Source: Octopus sinensis (taxonomy: Eukaryota). Taken from it: a stretch of DNA of 64,000 nt. This document shows positions 47,526 through 62,338 of this stretch, piece by piece. The translations under genes were made by a program, and so were the position numbers. Position 1 is the first letter of the stretch; every line of letters starts with the position of its first letter. The notes under the pieces were generated by a model. The model saw nothing but the letters and a program-made list of their open reading frames with translations, did no database searches and was not told the origin of the DNA. Location: positions 80,166,001 to 80,230,000 of the forward strand of contig NC_043005.1 in NCBI RefSeq assembly GCF_006345805.1, in the 5' to 3' direction.

Positions 47526-49449
47526 TCATTTGCTATCAATATGACTACAAAAGCGGCAACAATCACTAGTCCCAAACACTGTAGCATATACAAATATCAC
47601 ATAAACTACGAAACGAACAAAAGCGAAGAGACTCGCTGTAATAACTTCAACAATGAAATGGAAAACAATATCGAATCGAAGAATACGTAACCTCAATGAC
47701 ACAAATCAAAATCAATAGTCCTTGCTGCGTCGAAAGATCATAGTTGAGTATGTTTTGTGTGAGTCATCTTACCAGCTACCCATGGGGTTTCTCTGCGAAA
47801 GTATTCAGAGAGCACTTTACTAGTTTTTCTATATCTTCAGTCCGAGCGAATTCACCGCACTTAGACAGCTTTCGTTTAGATGTTTAAATCTCCCTTCTTC
47901 AATTCTTTCTCTTCGCATTCGTTTGTTGTTGTTGTTTTGTTGTTGATATTGTTATCTCGAAAGGGAAAAGCTATAAGAATAGAAATGCTATGATAAAAAT
48001 AAAAAGAAAAAAAAGTAAATAAATAAATAAATATTTTTATTATTAAACAATTCATGAATTCATGACCCCATTGTAGTCTAAAAGTTTTTAAAAGTATACG
48101 ATCATTGTTGCCGAATTTAAGATCACGATGCATAAAATAAAAATAAAGAATTCAACAAACTGCACTCCCGTTAAAGTATAAAACTTTTGTATGGCCAAAA
48201 CATGCGACTGTTGCATTATTTTCTTCTGTGTAGCCTTCTGCTTCCGGTCGGAAGACTTTCTCTTCATTTACCGCATTCATTTTATTCCGAAGTGCATGAG
48301 ACTCGTATAGTCTCATTTCTGTCTTTGTAATCTAACGGGTTTAGTAGAGGAAGTGAATATGTACCATTCTTAAAATTACCACTAAGGCCATTTAAAGTTT
48401 TCCAAAGAATATTGATGGTTTAACTGCTTATTTTTTTTTGTGTGTGTGAAATATTTCCGAGTTTGAATACATATTCAAGTGAACTATTAGAGTTTAATAA
48501 ATGTTGATATACTGAAACAAGGAGATAACTAGAATCTTATATCTTTTATCAATTTATAGGTAGTTTATAGATTTTAGTCCGAAATATATTTGTCTACTAA
48601 ACACGGATATATTAACAGAAGATTGCATATATTTTTGTAGAACTAATATTACATCACAGTACAACTAAAAACTATAAGAATATGAAAAAAAAATGGGATC
48701 AGACGGACATTTGTCCCTACGAAGCTTAGACAACTTAGTGCCCAACCTTCCAACTTCAATTTCAATGCGTAAGAGTGGGAAATGAGCACCATTACTTTTT
48801 TCCATCGAAGAAGTGGGGCAATTTAAAAAATTTTGTTGGATATTCCCTTCCTTCACAGAATGATCATATATAAAATATTTTATTGGAAATTTTGCATCTG
48901 ATGAAATGAATCTGTAACTATTGTAAAGGTTGCAAGATGCAACGAAAATTTTAAGAAAATAAAAATGAGAAAAAAGTGGAAATTTTAACGGTGAGTGTGT
49001 TATATTATAAAGCACAAAAAGAAAATGACTCTCCCCAGACACAACAGAATATGCACATGAACTCATATAAAGAATCTTGCAAACCAAATCCAAAAACGAA
49101 ATATGAATCTGTTACGTTATACAGCCATTCTTTTATATGTTCAATTGTAGCAATTTCATTTCTTATTCTCGATTAACGCATTACCAGAAGCTCCGGCATT
49201 CTCTGAATTTGCATCTTATTCAGTATTCATTAGCCATATATCCTACAACAATATCCATCATTGTTAGGAGGTAGGAATATGAATGTCGCAAATATATTTT
49301 TATACAATATTACACCAAAGTTATAAATTCCCACGTGCATGTAATGGTCCACGGATGAAGTGATTTTTTTAATTATCCAAATAGAAAAGAACATGGCAAA
49401 AATCTGTTAGCATTGTTTTCATAATATATGACCAATTTCTGATTGCATG

Positions 49450-49666
49450 CACCCTTCACACACACGCACACGCACACACACATACACACACATATGAATA
49501 AGTATATATGTATGTATATAAGTATCTATGTAAGTATATATATATATACAAACACATACATATATGTTTATGTACATATGTAGTCTGTTCTACTACTCTT
49601 CTGTATATGTATGAGTATATATATATATATAATATATATATATATATATTATATATACATGCGTAC

Positions 49667-49697
<31 letters not shown>

Positions 49698-49800
49698 CAT
49701 ACGTATACACATAATACATACATACATATTTACATACATACATGCATGCATACATACATATACATATTCATATTCATATATACACACACGTATATATGAA
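49450..49800. repeat. (CA)/(TA)/(TACA)n compound microsatellite
   Basis: Direct reading. Confidence 0.92.
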
Positions 49801-50274
49801 CCGCAGACAAATAGCGGGACAATAAACAATGCCAACAATTACGAAGGAAACAGAAAAAGTCCATTTAAAAATCGATTTAGCTCGAGAGCTCTTTTCTCCA
49901 TGTTGTTGCCGATATTGATCGGTGTTGTATTAAGATATCCGTTCTATACAATTACAACTATTTCAATCAATTAAGAGATGAGTAAAACCATATTGTTTGA
50001 CTAACCTTTTTTCAGTAATAGGCTTTTATGAAGCGCATTTATATAAACAGTGTCACACATTAAAATCCCGAATATATGAAACGTCGCTAAACGCGGTTGT
50101 CACTCATTCAAGATGTCTGCGTTTTGAAATCTCTTGTTCGGTTTGACGTTTTGTTTTCCTTCTTAGTACTGTCTTGTCGTTATTGTTTTCCCTGAGAGTT
50201 GTGAAAAATATTCAACACAAGCCAGCGTTTACATAGACATACAAACGTATTTGTATTTTTCTCTATTAATGTTG

Positions 50275-50480
50275 AGCTGGTACGATCGTTAGGGCGCCGG
50301 GGAAAAGGCTTAATGACATTTCGTCTGTCATTACGTTCCAAGTTCAAATTCCACCGAGGTCAGCTTTGACTTTCATCTTTTCGGGGTCGATAAAATAAGT
50401 ATCAATTAATCACTGGAGTCGATGAAATCGATTTACACTCCCCTAACATTGCTGGACTTGTGCCAAAATTTGAAATCATT
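50275..50480 (+). mobile_element. SINE family B copy, tail-to-tail with a family A tail (50490-50700, minus)
   Basis: GTTCAAATTCCACCGAGGTC...TTTCGGGGTCGATAAAATAAGTA. Confidence 0.82.
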
Positions 50481-50746
50481 ATTATTTAAGTTCTTTTATT
50501 CTTTTATTTGTTTCAGTCATTTGAGTGCGGCCTTGCTGGAGCACCACCATTAGCTGAGCAAATCGATTCCCAGGACTTATTCTGTGTAAACCTAGTACTT
50601 ATTCTATCGGTCACTTTTTCCGAAACGCTCTGTTACGGGAACGTAAACGCACCAACGTCAGTTATCAAGCGATAGTGGGGTAATAAAGACACACACACAC
50701 ACACACACACACAACACAACAACACACACACCACACATCACCACAC

Positions 50747-50784
<38 letters not shown>

Positions 50785-51369
50785 CCAGAAGGTTTGAAAC
50801 TCTTTTAGAAGAAGCAGTTATAAATGTTAACTCTAATGTTAGTATCATAACTCTACAGCTAAGAGGCTTTTTTTGCAAAATTGTTATTCAAGATTGAAGG
50901 AGATGACTATAACAGCACTTTGAACACTCCCTAATAAACATTTGATGTTGACATCAAAGATATTTTTGGCTTGGTAGCCAGTATTAGTCTGATGCTGTCT
51001 CGTACTCTGATTCTACAAAGAAGATGTGGAACAGTCCTTTCTAAAAATAAAGGAAATATAATACATTACTAAAGACACAATGTACGTTCAAGAAACTTTC
51101 AGACATTTTTAGATGATATTCTTAGTTATCACTATGATCATTTATATTAATATTATTAATTTATCAACATCATCATTATTATTATTGTTGTTGTTGTTAA
51201 TGCAATTTTGGCATATCGTTGTTATACATCTAGCAAGCTAACCTGACAAATTTTGTTATTCCAGATTAAAGGAGATTACCGTAACACGACTTTGGACAAA
51301 CTTTATTAAAAACTGCTTGTCACCGACGACTAGTTTGTTGAATGCGGAGTTAGTTTTGGAAGCTCGCTC

Positions 51370-52448
51370 AACAATGAGATGTTTGCTGTGTTAAATTGGG
51401 AAAAATCATCAGAGAAATTTACGAAATGCTTTACGCCACTTATGAGCTGAGCACCTGTTTTTCGCTGGAACTAGAGGTTCATGAACAGTAGAAAGGAGAT
51501 AAGAGACAATGAGAGTTGTGGAAAGGAAAGGGATGTAGGAGATGGTTGAGAGAATACGCAAGGGATGTAGGAGCTGGTTGAGAGAATACGCAATTGTCAG
51601 AATGAAGATTATTAAAACAATATGCATACAGTTTGGAGTTGGTGCAGCAACTGTACACAGAATTATTCACAAAAATATGAACACGCGTAAAATTTTTACT
51701 GAGTTTGTTCCCTAGGTGCTCAGTAGTGAACCGAAGAAATGACGCGAGGGTGACAGTAGGGAGATGGTTGAGCTCATAATTTCCTATCCAATAGTGCATA
51801 AGTCTCTGGTGATCTGTGAAGAAAGCTGGATTTTTTGTTATGTCCCAGAGCCCAAGAGTCAGAGTGCCTAATGGAAGAATTCTAGCTCCCCTAGACCGAA
51901 GAAGGCCAGGCAAAGCAAGTCCACCGAGAATATCGTAATCATCCCGTTTTCGACAGTAAAGGACTCATGCACTAGGTTCCCTCAGGCCAGACAGTCAAAA
52001 GAGAGTACTTTGTGGAGGTTCAGAGGGAGTACTGGGACAGCTTTCGTCACAGAAGGCCAGAGCCTTCCAACTTGGATCGGTGGTACCTGGAACAATACTA
52101 TGCACTTGTCCACAATCCATTCAAAGAACTTGACATAGATTGGTATCAAACAGTCCCTCACGCCATCCTCTACGGTCCATACATTGCACCCAGTAAATTT
52201 TGATTTTCCCAAGCAGAGTGAGAACATCAGGGACAGTTATCTTCATAATATTGGGAAGATGGAGAAGGATGTAGCAAGGCTGGACTACTTCGATGTGGAA
52301 GATCTCCATGGGGCGTTCATGAAGTGACTAGAACACTGCAAAAATGCACTGAAATCAGAGATTCCTAGTTCGAACGAGAATAAAGTTTTGTTCTTCTTTG
52401 AAATTAACGTCTCTTGTAACAGTCTCAAAACTTCTGGTATACACCTCA
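51370..52448 (+). pseudogene. Degenerate mariner transposase with 3' TIR
   Basis: IIHKNMNTRKI..FVP.VL, LVICEESWIFCY.PEPKSQS, SPRPKKARQSKS, PHAILYGPYIAP.KF..FP (decayed PHPPYSPDLAP); terminal CTGGTATACACCTCA|TA. Confidence 0.85.
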
Positions 52449-52560
52449 TATATGTAAGTAGTACATTATATTTATTATAATATATTATATATTATATATT
52501 ACATATATATATGTAATATATATATATGTATGTATGTATATATTATATGTGTATATATAT

Positions 52561-52609
<49 letters not shown>

Positions 52610-53129
52610 AATATATATATATATATATATATAATATATATTATATACATCAATACATACCTACGCATACATTCATACAAACATGAGTGCATACGCCTGT
52701 ACACATCCGCCTAAATGGGATTTTTTTTGTAGTTGCTTTCTCTATGTGTGCATACGTAAGCATAAATTCACACCAGCATAGAAACATATATTCATGTATT
52801 CATATATTCATACAACTAGACGTGTTTATTATAAGTTGTATAACTGTGGATGCTTGTTCTGTAAACCTTCCATTCTGTATATATATAACGAATTTGTTAA
52901 GTACTGGGATTTTCATAGGCGTATTTCTAAATATTTTCTTTCATTCCATGTACCATCTGTTACATACATGCAGCATTGAAATCCTAACTTCCTCATTTAT
53001 AATAACGTTATATTATGTAATGTAAAGTAGGGGTTGATAGATTAAAAAGGAATATCATAAAGACGTGTAAATCCATTAAAATTTAAAGGATTCTGCCATC
53101 GATACATTATTTCCTATATACGTTTTTTC

Positions 53130-53333
53130 TCGACAATAACAATAACAACGAATCCTCATCAACAACAACAGCAACAACAATATTGATAACCACAACAACA
53201 ACAACAGTAACAACAACAACAACAACAACAACAACAATAATAATAATAATAAAGTAATAATATTTATAAAAATGATCATAGCGATAACAAAATCATCATC
53301 AATAATAATAATAATAATAACAACAACAACAAC

Positions 53334-53379
<46 letters not shown>

Positions 53380-53590
53380 TAATAATAATAATATAACAAC
53401 AGCATAATTATCAACAAGAACACCACTACAACCGCCAATAACAATAACAACAACAATACTAATAATAACAATAATGGTAATAATATAATATCAATTTAAA
53501 TAACAAGGATCATATTGGTGATAACACCATCAATAATAATAATAATAAGTTTAACAATGACGACGATAACGATGAGGATAACACTAACAA

Positions 53591-53632
<42 letters not shown>

Positions 53633-54180
53633 AAAAAATATTAATAATAATAATAATAACAATAAGGGAAGAAGAAGAAGAAGATGAGGGGAGGAGGAGG
53701 ATAATAAGAAGAACAAGAAGAAGAGGGGGAGGAGGAGGAGGATGAAGAATAAGGAGAACAAGAAGAATATGAAGAAGAAGAAGAATATGAAGAAGAAGAA
53801 GAAGAAGAAGAAGAAGAAGAAGAAGGAGAAGGAGAAGAAGAAGAAGAAGAAGAAGAAGAAGAAGAAGAAGAAGAAGAAGAAGAAGAAGAAGAAGAAGAAG
53901 AAGAAGAAGAAGAAGAAGAATGTTGGTAATAAAATCACAACATCGTTAATAAAAGCAATGAATTACATCGAAAGAACTGCTTCTGCTACTACAACTAATA
54001 CAATTATTAATATTAAAAAATATATAATAATAATAGAAATAATTATAAAAATAATAACAACAACAATAACAAGAAAAACAGCAACAACAACAGCAGTAGC
54101 AAGAACAACAACAACAACAATAACAATAATAATAATAAATGTAAACAATAACAATAAAACAAAGGCGAATACCAATGAAA
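53130..54180. repeat. About 1-kb compound trinucleotide field (CAA/TAA/CTA/GAA/GGA)
   Basis: Direct reading; includes a long (GAA)n at about 53790-53920. Confidence 0.96.
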
Positions 54181-54448
54181 AACTTCAAAAACTTATTAAA
54201 TAGTTAATAGCAAATCTTTAAAGTGTAATGTAGCAATGAAAATAATTTACAATATTGAAGATATGAAATGGTTAGGGCGTACAATCCATATATACACAAC
54301 TAGCCAGATGTATATTTTGCATATAAATTTCAGCGTACAAATTAATGTTCACATCATCCCACACACATACTCCCAATATTATGCATATGTACGTGTGTGT
54401 AGGTGTGTGTGTAGGTGTGTGTGCGTGTATGTATGTATAAACATGATT

Positions 54449-54488
<40 letters not shown>

Positions 54489-54748
54489 TTGTATGTAAGT
54501 ATGATTATACATATATATATATATATGCATAATTATATATATATATCACTATGGATATACATATAGTCATATAATTATAATATATATATATGTGTGTGTG
54601 TATATGTGTGTGTGTATGTGTGTGTGTGTGCGTACGCAAGCATATATATATATATATATAATACATGGAAATACTGGTGTAAGTTTCTATGTATGCCATC
54701 TTACGTATATGCTACAGACACACACACACACACACACACATACATATA

Positions 54749-54784
<36 letters not shown>

Positions 54785-55199
54785 TGTATGTATGTATGCA
54801 TGTGTGTTTGAGCATGTGTATTGTGTGTGTGTGTGCGTGAAAATACTTTCAATATATCCATATAGAAAGAAATGAAAGCGAATATGCCGATGCAATTATT
54901 TATGAAATAAATATAAAGATATAGATAGAATTTATGTGTTATGTAATATGAATGAACATGTGTTATGCCTACATCTAAGTTAACGAAAAACTTTATGAAA
55001 TCTATAATGTTTTACAGAGAGAATAATCTATTATAGAATATAATATATTCATATATTCCTTTATTCTTTATTATTTTTCATATAGCCTTAAGGCTGTGTC
55101 CATGTAAGTGAACAAATTTAATGATATGCATGTTTTGAGAAAAACACACACATATATAGAGACGCACAGATACACTAATATATATACGTCTGTCTTGTT

Positions 55200-55231
<32 letters not shown>

Positions 55232-55364
55232 TCTCACTCTCCCCTTCTCTCTCTCTATATATATATATGTATATAAATACATATATTCATGTGCATGAAT
55301 ATACATCTATATACACACATCAATTTTTACTTATTTGTATATGTATAAATATAGACACCTACAA

Positions 55365-55397
<33 letters not shown>

Positions 55398-55551
55398 GTT
55401 ATATATATAAACATTTATATACATATATAGACGTATATGAAGATATATATATATAATTATATACATGTAAATATTATCTATGTGTATATAACAGATATAT
55501 AACTATATGTGCGTGATTATAATATATACATATACATATGTGAGGTTGTAT

Positions 55552-55710
<159 letters not shown>

Positions 55711-56058
55711 AGCAGTAATTACGCAATTTTGTGAGCATGCATATTTATATTGGTAATGGATTCTAATTTTGGCTTCAGTCCAGTAACATCAAAGCAGTGG
55801 GTAAGTCGATTACATCGACCTTAGTGATCAATTGATCCTTATTTTATCGATCCTAAAATACTACAACGAAACCATTAACACGCTTTTACACTTCGTGGAG
55901 TCCAGATCATTGGTTTACTATCTTTTCTTTGACCATTTAGCCTGCAAATGTATAACGTAAAGTTAATCTCGAGGAATCTTGAACTTTGATTGCAGTGAGT
56001 CGGACATTAATTGCAAGGTATTTAACGAGTTTTTTTTTTAACGATGTGGAATTCTCAA

Positions 56059-56221
56059 GGCGCAGGTGTATCTGCGTGGTAAGACGTTTTTCTCCCAGCC
56101 ACATGATTCTGAGTTCAGTTCTACTGCGCGAAACCCCAGGCAATTGTCTCCTACTATACCCTGGGCCGACGAAACCCTTGTGAGTGGATTTGGTAGACAG
56201 AAACTGAAAGTAGCCCGTCTC

Positions 56222-56252
<31 letters not shown>

Positions 56253-56495
56253 AACACACACATAAGTGTGTGTCTCTGTGTGTCTTCGTAGTTGTATTTC
56301 TACCCAAACACCACCTGTCCCCAACGCTGGAGTTAGCGTGTTTTCGGCCCCATAGCATTGTGTTCCAACAAAACAGACCGATTCAATAAGCACCAGGCTT
56401 AAAGAAAAATAGAACTGGGGTCGATTTGTTTAATTAAAATATTTTCAAGACGGTGCCCCATTATGGCCTCAGTCTCATGATGAAACAAATACAAA
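56059..56495 (+). mobile_element. Older SINE family A copy
   Basis: GGCGCAGGTGTATCTGCGTGGTAAG...TGTGAGTGGATTTGGTAGACAGAAACTGAAAG. Confidence 0.82.
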
Positions 56496-56999
56496 AAATA
56501 AAGTTTCTGAAACTTTATTATAAACAAATGTATTTGGAAGCTCGATGGAAATAAGGTACATTTAGTTATTGAGGAAATGCTTGTGTTAAGAGTCTTCATT
56601 TAGATAAAGTCTAGTCATCGTATGATGAGATGTCACTTTGATTAAGAAGTGTTATATGTCAAGACCTCTTTTGTATGGAGAAATTACTATCTCTAAATAT
56701 GTTCTATTATTTTTTCTGATTACTGCTTTAAAAATCTTTAAAATTTTTAAAAAGTGTCTTAAACAGTTTTTTGTACACAGCAAGTCACATCTTTAGAAAA
56801 AATACTCTTTTGATAAATACACTACTAGGATGCCGCTTCTATAGAACGAGTAAGTTTCTTAACATTTTGGATGTTTCATCAAGTAAAGAAGCATAAGGCG
56901 AGAGAAAAAGACAAACACTTTGTGAAAGAAAGTGTCAAATGTTACAGGATTGATGTTCTACGAAGATGATCTAGGAAGAAGCAAAGTGTAGATGTGAAG

Positions 57000-57600
57000 A
57001 TGTCAGTGTCTTTGTGTCCGGACACGGAAATAAGAGGGATTGATTTAGCTAGTGAGATGAATAAATGAGGATATAGGTATGCGAGTGAAGAAGTTTAGTG
57101 GCGTATGTTAATGCATGTGGTGTGAGCTGTTGGTATATATATATAATTTTGTTTAGGTGTGTTGTGCGAAAGCGTGTATGCGAGAACGTGCGATGGTGGA
57201 CGTATTCTCATATGCTATGAGAATGCAGTGAAAAGGGTCTGGTTGATGTAGGTGCAAAGGCTTGTGAAAGTATTTTTAAGAAAGAGAGAATGTAGTAACT
57301 AAGATTTTGGAATGAGAAAACAATACATCCTTACTGTGAAAGACGTTGATAGAAATTAAACAACAATAGGAAAATGTTCAAAGAGTTTAGTAGAATATAC
57401 AGGGGATGGTAAGAAATGTGTAATATCTGCAGAAGAGAAGAAATAATCGCAATGCAGTGGAGAGAATCCAGATGTATTGTCAGTCACGTAGAAGAGAAAA
57501 TGGTGAAGGGGACAGATTTAGTCTCGGTTTGGAGAAGAGCGGACAATAAGAGAAGGGAAGCAGCAGAAACAGGAGCAAGCTACAAGTGAGTAGTGATCAA
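57000..57600 (-). mobile_element. Possible ancient LINE 3' remnant
   Basis: C/T-rich minus strand with composition like the 9190-9650 remnant; no intact motif. Confidence 0.25.
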
Positions 57601-57628
57601 GCAAAGTACATACATACATACATACATA

Positions 57629-58053
57629 GGCGTAGGAGTAACTGTGTGGTAAGTAGCTAGCTTACGAACCACATGGTTCCGGGTTCAGTCCCACTGCGTG
57701 GCACCTTGAGCAAGTGTCTTCTACTATAGCCTTGGGCCGACCAAAGCCTTGTGAGTGGATTTGGTAGATGGAAACTGAAAGAAGCCAGTCGTATATATGT
57801 ATGTACATATGTGTGTGTCTATGTGTGTGTATATATTTGTGTGTCTGTGTTTGTCCCCCGAACATCACTTGGCAACCGATGATGGTGTGTTTACGTCCCC
57901 GTAACTTAGCGGTTCGGCAAAAGAGACCGATGAAATAAGTGCTAGTCTTACAAAGAATAAGTCCTGGGGTAGATTTGCTCGACTAAAGTCGGTGCTCCAG
58001 CATGGCCACAGTCAGATGACTGAAACAAGTAAAAGAGTAGAGAGTAAAGAGTA
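57629..58053 (+). mobile_element. Full-length SINE family A
   Basis: Complete match to 44350-44774. Confidence 0.93.
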
Positions 58054-58229
58054 TACATACATACGAAATGATTGCCTCTTCTTGTCAGATGATTGACGTT
58101 TCATATAAATGAGAGTAAAACATGTGTACACCGTCTGATTTAAGTTACAAAAGCTTGCACAACACTCTTGCCAATCTCTCGGTTCACAGTTTCCAATGAA
58201 ACATATTGCAAACGACTAACTTTGCTCCA

Positions 58230-58852
58230 GCATGGTCATTTGGCGATGATGTCACGCGCAAAACTCAGAAAATATGATACAAATGATTCAAACAGTGCAG
58301 TATCTCACTGGAGAGCGAAGCACGCTTACGGAGACCATCCACAAGTGGACACGAGAAGCTGACTGAGAATAGTCATGGAAGACCATCATGTAACAATCTA
58401 GGAAAATGCCCACAAAGTAGAAATAAATACAGGATCAGTTCGTTCCATTTATTGGAGCGTACCTGAATGTGGAGAGTGTCGATGAAATTCGGCCCCATCG
58501 TACTGTTGGAGCAGGAGAAACAACTCTGTATGAAAATCGCTCATGACATGTTGGACTATGCAAAACCCTGTTCACGACTTCATGGAAACCATCACCATTG
58601 GTGACGAGACATGGGTTAATGGTCTCCGTTCGATACGTTCGGTCATCTTGCTTGAAAAAGAAAACCCAACGAGTGCGCACTACACGTCTGTACTCTAGGC
58701 ATGATGGCCGAGAACTGATGCGGCCTACCGGTGCGAAGATTTTGGCGCATGTACAAGAAGGGTGGCGTCACCAACATCCAAAAAGATTTTTCCCACGCAG
58801 CATCAGTTTTGGTGGGTAAAAGTAAAGTCGGATACTTTGGGAAAGCATCTCG
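58230..58852 (+). pseudogene. Degenerate, internally deleted mariner
   Basis: MEDHHVTI.ENAHKVEINTGSVRSI; VSMKFGPIVLLEQEKQLCMKIAHDML; DFMETITIGDETWV; TIR-like end GATACTTTGGGAAAGCATCTCG|TA. Confidence 0.72.
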
Positions 58853-59664
58853 TACAAACTTTAGGTTACCTTAGAGTAAATTAAATTTTGTTACGTAAGG
58901 TTTATTATCATTTACCTTTTCCTTGTTTGTCATTGGACTGTGGCCATGCTGGGGCAATGCCTTGACGGCACTTAGACGAGCAGATCGAGTCCAGCACTTA
59001 TTTTTATAAAGTATGTTATTTATCGGTTTCTTCTTCTGAACTGCTATGTTACAACAACGTAAACAAACGCACACTTTATATACATATATGTATATCTAAC
59101 TATTTCTCTCTCTATCTCTCTCGCTCTCTTTGAAAATCTGACTGCTCTGCTGAATTTTTTGCGCGTGACATAGTTACTCTTCGCAAATATTTAATATATT
59201 GGGAGGAAAAAGAATAATTACATTGTAAATTCTACACTGCTGAAAACATATTAAGACGCTTAGAATCAGAAATTTTGAAAATTAAAAGACTCTATTTACT
59301 TCCTGCATGCCTGTATATATGTATGTATTTGTTATCTGCGTCTGTGTTTGTCCCCCCATCATAGCTTGACAACCCATTTATAAATACACACACATACACA
59401 TATACACATACGCACACATACGAATTGAGAAAATTCATTGCATCATGCATTAGCGACGGTCGCTTCTGTTGTGCCGACATGTTTAGATTCAGCAAAAATG
59501 GTCTAAGATATAAGTCAAATTAAAATATCCGAAAACATATGCTAACACAATGTTATCAAGGCAGTATATCAACGTTCCAAGACAGAAAGGGCCACATTCC
59601 TATTACCGTTATTTTCGCACGCCTTGTTTTAATTCTCTCGAATAGCCGAATAGTTTTTCTGCGC

Positions 59665-59697
<33 letters not shown>

Positions 59698-59699
59698 AT

Positions 59700-60004
59700 C
59701 ACGTGATCACGTAACCGACCAGTCCATCAGATGTAGTTACACATCGCTGGTCACAATGCGTTCGCATTGTTTTAGCCTTCGAATGACGCCACCCCGCTGG
59801 CTAAGCGAGCAGGCCAACAGAAGAAAGAGTGGGAGAAAGAGTGGTGAAAGAGTACAGCAGGGATCACTACCCCCTGCCGGAGCATCGTGGAGCTTTTAGG
59901 TGTTTTCGCTCAATAAACACTCATAACACCCGGTCTGGGAATCGAAACCGCGATCCTACGACAAACGAGTCCGCTGCCCTAACCATTGAGCCATTGCGCC
60001 TCCA
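59700..60004 (-). mobile_element. tRNA-derived SINE, family C
   Basis: Minus-strand head GTGGAGGCGCAATGGCTCAATGGTTAGGGCAGCGGAC...GGTTTCGATTCCC with A-box and B-box-like motifs; no tRNA acceptor stem or CCA context. Confidence 0.85.
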
Positions 60005-60027
60005 CACACACACACACACACACACAC

Positions 60028-60068
<41 letters not shown>

Positions 60069-61194
60069 CTTAGAAGGTTTGGAGGTGATGTACAGGCATT
60101 ATATATTAGAAAAAATAAGGTACTTAGGGATCTGAATGAATGTACATTTACAGATTTTTATTAATATGTCACATGTCTTTATAAATCATGTATTTGTGCT
60201 TGCATCTACTCTGAAATCTACCAGGGTAGATGCGAGCGCTATATATGTATGGCTTATAAAAACATGTGACATATTAATAAAAATCTGTAAATGTACAACC
60301 ATCCAGATTTCTGAGTACCTTATTTTTTCTAATATTAGTATATATATATATCATGATATGTTTTATTATTTGATTATGACTACGTTTTATGTACTTAGAA
60401 CTAGTATATTATAAAACTGAAAGAAATAGTCTTTAATATGGTTATCTTAAAAAAAAAACTAATTCTATGTGAACAGAAAAACTAATCAGCTAATTTACGT
60501 ATGTAACTGATCACAACCAAGACGTATTGTTTACGAGAAAGAAGTGTGAAAGCGAATGAAAACGAAATCTCTTTAGTATATACAACAATTTGTATATACA
60601 TGTATATACAAGAATTTGTATATACATGGAAAAGAAAACAAACAAGGAGGAGAGGGAATAGATGAATACAAATGGTATGTGAATTGAATTGCTAGCAAAT
60701 TAGGGAGGCGTGCGAACTGCTAAAAAGAAAGAGTGATACATTTAAAAAGGGAATAATAATGGAGTTAGGTACTAATTCAATGCCGCCAATCTTCATCCAA
60801 TATTTTTGTCATTCTCTCATAATTTATACTCCACCCAGTTCATATCACGATTCAATAAAAGGTGAAGTGTGCACCTGTATATTGGAACAACTGTCGCAGT
60901 ATCTCCTAACAGGTGATACAAAGTTAACTTTCTTTTCTGATCTATGATTATTGTAATGAATTTACTGCTTAATTATGAATGAGTTTGTCAAATTTTATAG
61001 CGTGTGCAAAGCACGTGTAACTAAAAATCAATGATGGCTGCGCGTATGGACATTTGAGAGAGAGGAGAGAGAGAGAGAGAGAGAGAAAGAGACAGACAGA
61101 CAGACAGACAGACAGAAACCAGCTGAGGACTGTGGGTCGATGTATCGACTTATACCCTCACTCAAAATTGCTTGTTTTGTGTCAAAATTTGAAA

Positions 61195-61223
61195 CTCTTC
61201 TTCTTCTTCTTTTTCTTCTTCTT

Positions 61224-61254
<31 letters not shown>

Positions 61255-61334
61255 TTATTATTATTATTATATTATTATTATTATTATTATTATTGTTGTT
61301 GTTGTTGCTATTGTTATTATTATTATTATTATTA

Positions 61335-61368
<34 letters not shown>
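61195..61368. repeat. (TTC)n-(TTA)n-(TTG)n compound microsatellite, read as (TAA)n on the LINE strand
   Basis: Direct reading. Confidence 0.95.
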
Positions 61369-61369
<1 letters not shown>

Positions 61370-62260
61370 GACGTCGCACAGTATACAATATCCTGGGATT
61401 GTTGATTGAAGATATTGTGTCTACCGGGGATTTGTACTGTTTGTCAAGTCAACAAGGAACTCAGACAGACATTGCTTTACGCAATATGCGTGCAGTTCCA
61501 AGTAATGCCGACTTTTGCAATACGTCTAGATTGTAGGGTATTTCTAAGGTTTTCAGATGTTTTTTTTTTCAGACTGTTTGGTTTTGAACCCAATGCTCCA
61601 CTGACAATAGGAATAACCTTTATGGTTGACTCTCGTAGCTGTCACATCTTAGCGATTTCAATTCTCAGGTCTCCATACTTATCAACCTTTACTTTTTCTT
61701 TCATGATGATGTGTTGATCTCCTGGCACTGCCACATCGATTATTAGGCACTCTTGTTTATCCATTCTAAAGGTTACTATGTCCGGCCTTCGGTGTTCTAA
61801 CACTTTGAGTGTCTGTAAATCAAAGTCCCAGAGGATTTTTGCCTTCCCCTTTTCGTCCATTACCTTTTTCTGTGCATGTTGGAACCAAGCACCCGTAACC
61901 TCATGTCCATACTTAATGCATAGTAGCCAGTGGAGGTTTTGGGATACTTTGTCGTGTCTACGCTTGTACTCTTTCTTCTCAAGACATTCACAAGCCCTAA
62001 CAATGTGAGTCACACTTTCGACCGTTTTCCCGCACATTCTGCTGAGCTCCGATGCACTTCTGTGGTATATATTCTGTTTCACTGAGTTGGTATTCAATAT
62101 CTTTTCCTGGGCCTCGATGATAAGGCATTCAGTATTCTTTTTTAGATCACCCTTATTGAGCCATCTCCATGGTGCTTCCTGGTCTTTTAATTTGTTGGTT
62201 TCACGCTTCAAATGACCATGGACAATGCAATGACCACTCGAATGAGGGACAACAGAACGA
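61369..62260 (-). mobile_element. R4/Dong-clade LINE 3' fragment (zinc finger plus RLE)
   Basis: WRWLNKGDLKKNTECLIIEAQE; (S)RMCGKTVESVTHIVRAC decayed CCHC; YKRRHDKV; KILWDFDLQT..EHRRPDIV...IIDVAVP...KVDKYGDL (PD-D-K RLE motif). Confidence 0.93.

Positions 62261-62335
<75 letters not shown>

Positions 62336-62338
<3 letters not shown>

Noticed and set aside
47773-47792. 20-nt microexon on the minus strand (CAG|AGAAACCCCATGGGTAGCTG|GTAAGA)
   Set aside because: Good splice signals, but such pairs are expected by chance in 64 kb; it is not frame-preserving and has no partner exons.
48665-49093. 142-aa minus-strand ORF in unique DNA
   Set aside because: F/Y/I/S-rich composition typical of AT-rich non-coding DNA; no recognisable motif.
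51528-51591. 32-bp tandem duplication (31/32 identical)
   Set aside because: It lies inside a dead mariner ORF and is an ordinary post-insertion slippage event.
59930-60004. tRNA gene, also considered for SINE heads at 27843, 44350 and 57629
   Set aside because: A- and B-box-like motifs are present, but there is no complete cloverleaf and the sequence continues into a SINE body.
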